Positions 9,359 to 18,656 of a DNA stretch of 18,682 nt are shown in pieces. Every line of letters starts with the position of its first letter. Position 1 is the stretch's first letter. This stretch comes from Fonticula alba ATCC 38817 (taxonomy: Eukaryota > Protista > Nucleariida). The stretch lies in assembly GCA_000388065.2 (NCBI GenBank), contig KB932209.1; one strand, given 5' to 3'. The translations under genes and the position numbers were made by a program. A model generated the notes under the pieces. That model was given only the letters and a program-made list of their open reading frames with translations. It made no database searches and was not told where the DNA came from.

Positions 9359-10889
9359 TCAGGTCTCGCGGCGTCGAGGCTTACTGGACGTCGAGGCGGA
9401 GGGGCGCGCCGGCCCCGGGGCGTCGGAGCTTTCGGCGGTCGAGGTGCCGTTTGCCGGGATGGCGGAGGCCGAGGGGTCGGCAGAAGATGTGGCATTCGAC
9501 GAGGTGACTCCCTCGGAAGGCAGACGGCCGCGGGTTGGTCCGCCGTCCGGCAGGTCGGATGTGAATTCCGAAAAGAGGACCTCACGCCCACGCCGGAGGG
9601 CGGCCTCGAACTCGGACTTCGTGTCGCTGAAGCGCTTCTTGAATTCGGCGGTGGCCACGTCGACATTGTCCTGGAGTTTGATCTGTCGGGGGTGGCGGAC
9701 AAAGCGGGGTGCTTGGAGCGTCAGACGAGGCAGCGGCACGGGGGCCGGGGAGAGGGGCGGGGGGNNNNNNNNNNNNNNNNNNNNNNNNNNNNNNNNNNNN
9801 NNNNNNNNNNNNNNNNNNNNNNNNNNNNNNNNNNNNNNNNNNNNNNNNNNNNNNNNNNNNNNNNNNNNNNNNNNNNNNNNNNNNNNNNNNNNNNNNNNNN
9901 NNNNNNNNNNNNNNNNNNNNNNNNNNNNNNNNNNNNNNNNNNNNNNNNNNNNNNNNNNNNNNNNNNNNNNNNNNNNNNNNNNNNNNNNNNNNNNNNNNNN
10001 NNNNNNNNNNNNNNNNNNNNNNNNNNNNNNNNNNNNNNNNNNNNNNNNNNNNNNNNNNNNNNNNNNNNNNNNNNNNNNNNNNNNNNNNNNNNNNNNNNNN
10101 NNNNNNNNNNNNNNNNNNNNNNNNNNNNNNNNNNNNNNNNNNNNNNNNNNNNNNNNNNNNNNNNNNNNNNNNNNNNNNNNNNNNNNNNNNNNNNNNNNNN
10201 NNNNNNNNNNNNNNNNNNNNNNNNNNNNNNNNNNNNNNNNNNNNNNNNNNNNNNNNNNNNNNNNNNNNNNNNNNNNNNNNNNNNNNNNNNNNNNNNNNNN
10301 NNNNNNNNNNNNNNNNNNNNNNNNNNNNNNNNNNNNNNNNNNNNNNNNNNNNNNNNNNNNNNNNNNNNNNNNNNNNNNNNNNNNNNNNNNNNNNNNNNNN
10401 NNNNNNNNNNNNNNNNNNNNNNNNNNNNNNNNNNNNNNNNNNNNNNNNNNNNNNNNNNNNNNNNNNNNNNNNNNNNNNNNNNNNNNNNNNNNNNNNNNNN
10501 NNNNNNNNNNNNNNNNNNNNCTCGCATGCGGGGTGGCATTCTTGACGCGTGTGCCACTCGGCTGGGATCTGGCGCTTTCGCTGTCCCTGGTGCGGCTGAT
10601 GCAGGTGGGGGGGGGGCACAGATGGGCAGCGGTGACCAATTGGGACCTACGTAGTGCTCGCGCCAGAAGGATACGTTCAGCTCCTTGGCAGTGTACCCGC
10701 GGCGGAGATTCCTTCGGGTGTAGCCATGGTAGTTGCGGAGGATGCGCGCAATCAGGTCCGATGTGGACACGCCATCGGTTCTGGAGGACATGACAAAGGC
10801 AAAAGCGAGTGTCAAAGGTTGGTGTGGCCACAGGAGGCAGCGGAATGGGACCAGTGGATGGGAGGGCGGAAGAGGGGGGCGGAGGGAGG

Positions 10890-10928
<39 letters not shown>

Positions 10929-12441
10929 GTACCTTTGGGTGGAGAGGAAGCGCCCCTTCATCTTGACAGCGCCATACACGTCCGAGTGGTTGGCCGAGGG
11001 GTACACCTCGGCATCGTGTGCGATGAAATCAATCTTGTGCAAATCCAAGAAGTCCTATCCTCCGGAAGGGCGGAGGACTGTCAGCGGCCCGGGAGGAGCA
11101 CCGAAAGGGAGACATCGCACAAAAGGGGAAGCCGTACAAGGTCCAACACCCACGGGGCGTCGGTAATCACCTCGTCAACCCAGCGACAGTGACGGACGGA
11201 CTCGACGCGCTCGTCCTCGGTCATGACACAGGGACCCTTGTTCTTGCGGGTGATCTCGTCGTTACACACTAAGGGGGGCGATGGTGAGTTTGATTGCGTC
11301 GGAGGCGAGGGAGGGGGTGGGAGGGCGGGCCGGGCAGCGAGGCAGCGAGATGGACGACGCAGCGAGGGAACCGCAAGAGAAGGAACGCGCACCGCCGACA
11401 ATCAGGTGAACATTGGGGAACAGGTGCTTGGCCTGCTCCAGCATCCGGGCATGTGCGAAGTGGAAGAGATCGTAGATCCCATCGCAGTAGATGCGGATGG
11501 TCTGGGGCGGGGAGGGGGGACCTCGGGATTGTCAGAGGGGGGCGCTTAGATGGGGCGCGATCGGAAGCGGAGAAAGAAAGAAGGTGAGGGGGATGCACGG
11601 GNNNNNNNNNNNNNNNNNNNNNNNNNNNNNNNNNNNNNNNNNNNNNNNNNNNNNNNNNNNNNNNNNNNNNNNNNNNNNNNNNNNNNNNNNNNNNNNNNNN
11701 NNNNNNNNNNNNNNNNNNNNNNNNNNNNNNNNNNNNNNNNNNNNNNNNNNNNNNNNNNNNNNNNNNNNNNNNNNNNNNNNNNNNNNNNNNNNNNNNNNNN
11801 NNNNNNNNNNNNNNNNNNNNNNNNNNNNNNNNNNNNNNNNNNNNNNNNNNNNNNNNNNNNNNNNNNNNNNNNNNNNNNNNNNNNNNNNNNNNNNNNNNNN
11901 NNNNNNNNNNNNNNNNNNNNNNNNNNNNNNNNNNNNNNNNNNNNNNNNNNNNNNNNNNNNNNNNNGGGGGGCGCACCTCGCCCTTGATTCCGGCCAAGGC
12001 CCGGGCCCGGGCGGCGGCTTGCTCCTGGTTGTCCACACGGGCCACGAGCGCCGAAACCGTGTATGGACAGGCGGGCGGTAGGGTGGTGGTGCTGGTGGCA
12101 GCGGCGACAGCCGCGGCCATGACCGCGCACTCGGCATCCTCGTCGGAGATGGACCCGGCACGCGGGCGCTTGGCCGTCGGGGAGGCTGGCGATTCCTCGC
12201 TCGGCCGGGGGCGCTTGTCACCCGGGCCACCGATGTTGTCAGGGCCACTGCCCTCGCTGGAGCTCAGATCGCTGGAGAGCCCGTCATCGGATCCGTGTCC
12301 CCCCGAGGCGGGGCCCCGGGCCAGGGTCAGGGAAGAAAGAGAACGGGTCTCAAAGGAGGAAGCCACCTGGCTGTCGGGGTGGAAGGCGCGGAAGATGGGC
12401 ACCCGCTTCACTGAGCGAGGACCATCAGACCGTGCGGTCAT
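9359..12441 (-). CDS. PCYT1: Choline-phosphate cytidylyltransferase (CTP:phosphocholine cytidylyltransferase, CCT); exons 12441-11977, 11501-11393, 11268-11138, 11054-10933, 10780-10651, 9682-9359; about 426 aa
   Basis: The spliced product aligns with CCT motifs: [120 protein letters not shown]. It continues as SFWREHY|IKLQDNVD, gaplessly matching the start of the CCT membrane-binding helix as recalled, then a Ser/Ala/Pro tail. All five introns are GT-AG and phase-consistent. Introns 1 (11976-11502) and 5 (10650-9683) contain N gaps, so hidden exons cannot be excluded. Confidence 0.9.
9765..10520. other. Assembly gap (756 N) inside PCYT1 intron 5
   Basis: N run beginning at a G run. Confidence 0.99.
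10894..10926. repeat. (GA)16 microsatellite in PCYT1 intron 4
   Basis: Read directly; it reads (CT)n on the sense strand, starting a few bases after the GTACGG donor. Confidence 0.9.
11602..11965. other. Assembly gap (364 N) inside PCYT1 intron 1
   Basis: N run flanked by G runs. Confidence 0.99.
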
Positions 12442-12482
12442 GGTGCTGGGGAGGAGGCGGGAAGTAGGCTGGCAAGGGGCCA

Positions 12483-12521
<39 letters not shown>

Positions 12522-12545
12522 CGGGGGGGGGGGGGGGGAGGGGGG
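12483..12545. repeat. G39-C-G16-A-G6 homopolymer tract just upstream of the PCYT1 start (poly-C on the sense strand)
   Basis: Read directly; it lies about 40 nt upstream of ATG 12441. Confidence 0.9.
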
Positions 12546-13822
12546 AGGCGACGAGGGTGTTTGCGGTGGGCCCAGGGGAGGCGGGATGCCCCAGGATCGC
12601 CCGCCCCAGAAAAAGGTCGAGTCTCAGGCATCCCCCGGTCCGCCCGGCCCGTCCGGTCCTGGTTGGGGGGCGTGTCCGGAACTCAGGAGCCAACCGGCCG
12701 GAGGGCAGTGAGACTCTCTTCCTTTCTCCGGTCCTGCCGAAGGTGGGTGGCGGGCGGGGGGGAGGGCCTGTCCGGGCCATTCTCACGGATCGTTGACAAA
12801 AGGCTATCGCCTCACCGACGAACAGACCAACGAGGGGAACATTGTTTGGCGAGCTGGTAGTAGTCTGCCGCGGAGAAAAGGGACATGCAAAAATATCGGC
12901 GAATTTCTTTGCGTGTTATGTGGGCGCGAGGTCACGCGCGCCCTCCGGGGAGCACCAGCCGGAGGACCATGGTCCCGCCACCCTGGTGACGCGCTTGCGC
13001 GCGTTTGCTGGGGAGGGGCCGGGAGGGCCGGGAGCAGCCAGGCGCCCGAGCGCTCCCTGCCAGTGCTCCTGCGTGGGGGCCCGCGCCAAAGTCCTGACCC
13101 AGGGAGCTGAGGTGGACGCTCTGCTGAGGGCTGGACGAATGCCCCAGGGGGCGGGGGGGGGGGAATGCATGCTCCTGGGGGGGGGGGGGAGGCGCCCTCG
13201 GGCGGGCGGGGCTACGCGCGAGGGGCCGGGTTCCCCCCGCTGACACCTCTCCAGAGGGGCGCTCCGCCATGAGCAGAGGAGCCCTATCATGCGTGGCATT
13301 TCTTCCAGGTCCCTTGAAAATGCTCTTGTCCTGATGGCCGGTAAACGGAGGGGCGGGGCGGGGCGAGGTCACCACGAACCGCCCGAAGGGTTGGCCCCGA
13401 GTTGCGGGCCTTCGTTCTCTCAACACGGATGGCCTGTTTCGGGAGAGGAGGTGTGAAGGGCGGGGGGGGAGGGGGGACAAGTCCCCTGGCCGGAACGAGA
13501 CAGCCGGGAAGCCCCGGGCAGGGGCCGGCAGGTGAATGCTCCGGCCTGGGGAAGAGCGCCAGCACGGGCGGGGCAAGAGACAGAAAGGCAGGGAGGGAGA
13601 GGGAGGGAGAAATGACATTTTCACGAAGCGCGCCAGATGAGGAGAGGACACCGAGGGCCGTGGGGGGGGGGGGGGCGAGGCTCGAGACCCGGGAACCGAA
13701 GCGGACGGAATATTTCCCCCCGGCAGGCAGGCCCGTCTGGGGTCGGCATCGATCGTCGGGCGCTGCTGTGTTCCGATCGGGGGCTGCCCCTCTGCACTGT
13801 CTGCGCCAGCCAGCGGCGGGGG

Positions 13823-14575
13823 NNNNNNNNNNNNNNNNNNNNNNNNNNNNNNNNNNNNNNNNNNNNNNNNNNNNNNNNNNNNNNNNNNNNNNNNNNNNNN
13901 NNNNNNNNNNNNNNNNNNNNNNNNNNNNNNNNNNNNNNNNNNNNNNNNNNNNNNNNNNNNNNNNNNNNNNNNNNNNNNNNNNNNNNNNNNNNNNNNNNNN
14001 NNNNNNNNNNNNNNNNNNNNNNNNNNNNNNNNNNNNNNNNNNNNNNNNNNNNNNNNNNNNNNNNNNNNNNNNNNNNNNNNNNNNNNNNNNNNNNNNNNNN
14101 NNNNNNNNNNNNNNNNNNNNNNNNNNNNNNNNNNNNNNNNNNNNNNNNNNNNNNNNNNNNNNNNNNNNNNNNNNNNNNNNNNNNNNNNNNNNNNNNNNNN
14201 NNNNNNNNNNNNNNNNNNNNNNNNNNNNNNNNNNNNNNNNNNNNNNNNNNNNNNNNNNNNNNNNNNNNNNNNNNNNNNNNNNNNNNNNNNNNNNNNNNNN
14301 NNNNNNNNNNNNNNNNNNNNNNNNNNNNNNNNNNNNNNNNNNNNNNNNNNNNNNNNNNNNNNNNNNNNNNNNNNNNNNNNNNNNNNNNNNNNNNNNNNNN
14401 NNNNNNNNNNNNNNNNNNNNNNNNNNNNNNNNNNNNNNNNNNNNNNNNNNNNNNNNNNNNNNNNNNNNNNNNNNNNNNNNNNNNNNNNNNNNNNNNNNNN
14501 NNNNNNNNNNNNNNNNNNNNNNNNNNNNNNNNNNNNNNNNNNNNNNNNNNNNNNNNNNNNNNNNNNNNNNNNNNN
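13823..14575. other. Assembly gap (753 N)
   Basis: N run beginning at a G run. Confidence 0.99.
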
Positions 14576-14601
14576 CGCCAGGGCAATACGACGGCCCGCT
14601 G
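14576..14601. repeat. 26-bp exact direct repeat, copy 1 (copy 2 at 18657-18682)
   Basis: CGCCAGGGCAATACGACGGCCCGCTG occurs immediately after the gap and again as the last 26 bases of the window. Confidence 0.9.
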
Positions 14602-14664
14602 GGGACAGGGCCAACATGCGGCCCCGGCTCAAGTTCCTCGCTCCCGGACTGAAAGAGGCGCCAG

Positions 14665-14690
14665 CCCCCCCCCCCCCCCCCCCCCCCCCC

Positions 14691-14733
<43 letters not shown>
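14665..14733. repeat. C26-GG-C41 homopolymer tract
   Basis: Read directly. Confidence 0.9.
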
Positions 14734-14734
<1 letters not shown>

Positions 14735-17464
14735 CCCCTCTCTCCCCGGGTCTTCCCTCACCAGCTGGATCCCGCTTGACCTGGAGAGCTCGAGTTCCTG
14801 CAGGTGCCGCCCGCGCCAACGTGGCAGTGCTTCTGGACCTGCCTCCGTTCCCTTCTCCGTTGGGGGGGGGGGGGCAGATGCCCAGCTGGTACCTGGGCCT
14901 CATCTGCCTCCCGAGCTCGGCTTGCGGCCCGGCCTGGGTGGTGCGGGGGTGATCGGTTGTCATGCCGCGGGCCCCCGGGAGGCCGAGGTATGCGGCTGCA
15001 CCAGTGCGCGGGGGGTTGCTGGGCGGGGGGGGGGGGGGGGGGGCCCCGCCACTGCCTCCGGGACCGCAGGCAGCCCGGCTCACCACGGACGCCGGGGTCT
15101 GGTCCTTCTCGTGTGGACGTGGTGGCGGGGTGTCTCGACGCCGGGAGCCCGGGGGCGGGCGGCGAGCGCCTCCTGCTCCTTTGGGCGGATGTGCCGGTGC
15201 GGCGACCCGCCGGCCGCGCCTCGCCTGCCGCGCTAGTAGACCCATGCGATTGGCCATGGGAGCCTGTATTTCGGGGCGTCCGGCGCGAGGTGCTTGTCAA
15301 AGGCGCACGGCCGTGCGGTCCGGCCATTCTTGGGCATGCCGCCCCTGGGGCTCTGACCCTCCTGGGAGCTGGGCCGAACGGGAGACCCACATGCGGGTGT
15401 GTCGGGTTATTGGGCACAAACAACATTCATCCGGGGCAACTGACTCGCCCAGGGGGGCGCGAGCTGGGGCACGCCTTTTGGGTAGACCGGTCAATCATCT
15501 GGGCCCCGCGAGGGGGCGGGGGATGATGTGCCCCCCCCCCCCGGTGCGCCTGCCCCCCCCCCCCCCTGCAGCGGGCAAGGGGCCTTTCGGCTTGGGCAGC
15601 GCGCGGTGCCCGCCCCGCGCCAAGGAGGCGGAGCAACCGGCGCACGCGAAGCACGGGGCGGGCGGGCGGGGCCCGGGGCGCGTCTCGGCACGGCTCGCTC
15701 CACACACGGCCACGAACGCGCTCGACCAATTTTCCCTAGCGCCCCATTTTCACCAGGGCCGGTGGGGCGGCCTGTCGGTGTGGAGGGCCCTCGCGCCGTG
15801 CCGGGCGCTCCCGCCGGTCGGCGTGTCCTGGCCGCTGGGCTTTCCTCCGTGGCCCGAGGCAGACGTCCCTCCCCCCCCCCTTTGAGCATGCTCCCAAGCA
15901 CACGGCCACATTCGCCGGCAAATGCACATTCACAAGTGCGCGCCCTGCGGGAGCCACGCCGGCCGCCCGACCTGCATGTTCACCCGGAGGGGCCGGTTCA
16001 CCGGCCTCCCTTCGGCCGGCGTTTGGGCGGGCTCCTGTTGGGGGTGGAGCTTTATTTTCATGGTGGAGCTCGTTTTTTCCGCTTCGCAGGCTCGGACTCT
16101 CTTGGCGGCTCTGCCCCCCCCCCCTCCCCGCGGAGGCTGGTGTGAGATGGGACGTCTTCCGGGGGCCTGGCGCGCATTCTGCGGGCGTGTGGCATGCGGA
16201 GGCTTTTTTTTCCGCCCTATTTCCAGGTCATGGCCCCCCTTCCGCCCGCCTTCGAAGATGGGCCGGCCTGCCCGACGAAACGCGCCCCGGGCGCGCCGCA
16301 CCTCGAGGGAGCTTCCTGCCTTTCTCAGGTTCATCCGCGGCGCGGGGCCGGTCCGTCGGGCCGTCAAGCTTCGCGGCGGCTGCCGGCGCTCGCCGTGCCC
16401 CCATCGCACCCGACGCCGCCAGTGCGGCGGCCTCGCGCGCGACACACCACGGACCACCTTCCAGCGCTCCGGGCCTACGGATGTGCGCCCGCACTGGCGG
16501 CCTCGCTCCCCAATGATGTCCGGCGGCCCGCCAACGATGTGGGTGTTGACCGGCCGCGCGGCGCCCGGGGCACCGGTGCTCTCACGAGCCGGCGCTCGAG
16601 CCCGGCCATCCGACGACACATGCGGAAAACACACATGCCCCCGCCTGGGCGCTTCGCATGCGTGCCTGGAGCGCCCGTTGGCGACTGCTCCGCGGTCGGG
16701 CCGTTGCTGCCAGATCCGGGGCGTCAGGCTTCTTGTCGCTGGGCGGCCTCATGCATGTGCGTCTGCCCGGCCAGTTGTAACTGCTCAGACCTATCCCGGG
16801 CCGGCGGGTGTGTGTGTGTCCGTGACTGCCCTTGGGCCTGGGGAGCTGCGCCGCATTGGGGGTTGTTATTTTTTTCCAACCGCACCACGCGCCCTACGGT
16901 GCACTTCCCCGGTCCGTCCGGGGCGTGCGGGGTGGCTGGCGGCACTGGCTCCGGTCGGGAGCCACACCGGCCGCCGGCCAGCCCTCACGCACGGCGCCGG
17001 GCGAGTTGGTCCGGGCGCGCGAGACCACGTCGGGTGTCCCCGAGTCCTCCCCCTCCGGGCACTCCCCTGTCCCCCCCTGCTCGCGCGCGCGCGCCCCCCT
17101 TGCTGTTATCGGCTCCAGACCACGCACGGGCAAGGGGCGCTCCGGCCAGAGCCATGCGCGCGACGGTCGGTTGTGAGTTGATGACCATCGGCAGCCATGG
17201 ATGTGCTTCTCGCCGGGTGCGTGCGCATACCCACGGGAGGGTGCGCGCACGCGCGCGCGGGCCCGCGCGCGCCTGAGCCCCCCTCCCCTGGGGCGATGGC
17301 CCCGTCCGTGGAGTTCCGGGACTTGGCGCGCTCGTTGGCTGGTGAAATCTCCCCCCAGCGGGGGAAGATCGCTCCTAACCCACCTTTTTTTTTTTTTTTC
17401 CGGTCGCCACGATTAATCTCCCCTCTTCCCTCCCCCCCCCGGGGGGTGGACGCGGGGGGGGGGG

Positions 17465-17474
17465 NNNNNNNNNN
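17465..17474. other. Assembly gap (10 N)
   Basis: N run flanked by G-rich sequence. Confidence 0.99.
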
Positions 17475-18360
17475 GCGAGGGCGGGGGGGGGGGGGAATAT
17501 CGCGCGGGTCACCAATGAGCGGGACGGCCTGGTGCCGAAACCAGTTTGGGCTTCCGGGTACGGGCCTTGGGAGCACGAACGCGCGGACTCGCGTGGGGCC
17601 GGTCGCCATAAGCTCGCCCGCTGCCGGAGGCGCGGTCCACTGAGTTCCTCCAATCGGGAAGGTCCTGGCGGCCCTCGGTCTCCCGGCCGCGAGGCGGTTA
17701 GGTATGCCTGCGCGTGCGTGCGCAGGGGCAATTGTGTTGGTGTCCGTGTGGGTGTGTACCTGTGCCATGTGGCATGAGCGTCGGAGGGCCCCTTCCCCTC
17801 CTGGGGCCGATAACGGGCGCGAAACAGGGCGCACCGGCGTCGGCGGGGGAGATGACGAGGCGGCTCAGCGCACTCTCCCGGGTGCGGCGGCATGCCTGTC
17901 TGCCAGTGGCGGGCCGTCGTAGACCGGTTTTCTGACCCCGGCATCCGCATTCGGACAACGGCACGCGCGGCCCCGCGCGCGACACGACCTCTCGGGGTCC
18001 ATTGTTGGGGCGGAAGAGGGGACGGGGTACCACGGCGGCCTTGCCGTTGCAGTCGTCGGTCTCCGCGACCGGCACACAGGGGGCGGGGCGAGGGGCATCC
18101 CCAGGCCGTGAGCCGCCGCGCGGGCCGGCGAGGAGGCGGCGCCCGGGATTCGGGCTCGCGTGGGCTTCGGGTCTCGCTGTTCGTGTGCCCCTCCCCCCCT
18201 CTGTTGCGGTTTCCCCCCTCTTCCGGTTCGGCTGCCTGGACGAATATGGAACCTCTCCCCGACGGGTGTAGGGGCGGGGTGGCTGGTTCGGAATATTCCA
18301 TGGCTTATTAATGGGTGGAATATCCTTGTTCTCGGGGAGCTCTCCCTGTGAGCCGGCCCC

Positions 18361-18361
<1 letters not shown>

Positions 18362-18395
<34 letters not shown>

Positions 18396-18410
18396 CCCCC
18401 CCCCCCCCCC
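18362..18410. repeat. C33-G-C15 homopolymer tract
   Basis: Read directly. Confidence 0.9.
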
Positions 18411-18656
18411 GGGTTGGGAAGGAGTGCATGTTGGCAAGGGGGGGGGGGAGGGAGGCGACCGTGTCGCCCGTGGTTCCAGGCCTGGTATTTTCCCCACGCG
18501 CCTCGGCCCTCCCTCCACCACCCTGGCCGCTACTTCAGTGCGGGGGATTGTCCCCGGCGTGTGCCGCGCGCCGGGCGTCCACCCGCCCCCTGCCCGGCGG
18601 AGTGTCGCCGCGGTGCGTCTATCGTTTGCACACACACACACACGCACACACACGCA

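Noticed and set aside
10521-10600. Possible extra PCYT1 exon ([25 protein letters not shown]) beside the gap
   Set aside because: No phase-compatible acceptor for the GTAGGT donor, and direct splicing of 10651 to 9682 already gives a gapless CCT alignment.
9210-15257. Very long ORFs spanning N runs (for example 9210-10793, 12932-14761, 13287-15257)
   Set aside because: Their length comes from translating N as X; they are not evidence of genes.
18293-18323. ATATTCCA/TGGAATAT 8-bp stem with a 15-nt loop near GGTTCG (tRNA T-loop-like)
   Set aside because: No cloverleaf, acceptor stem or A box can be built; too short to call.
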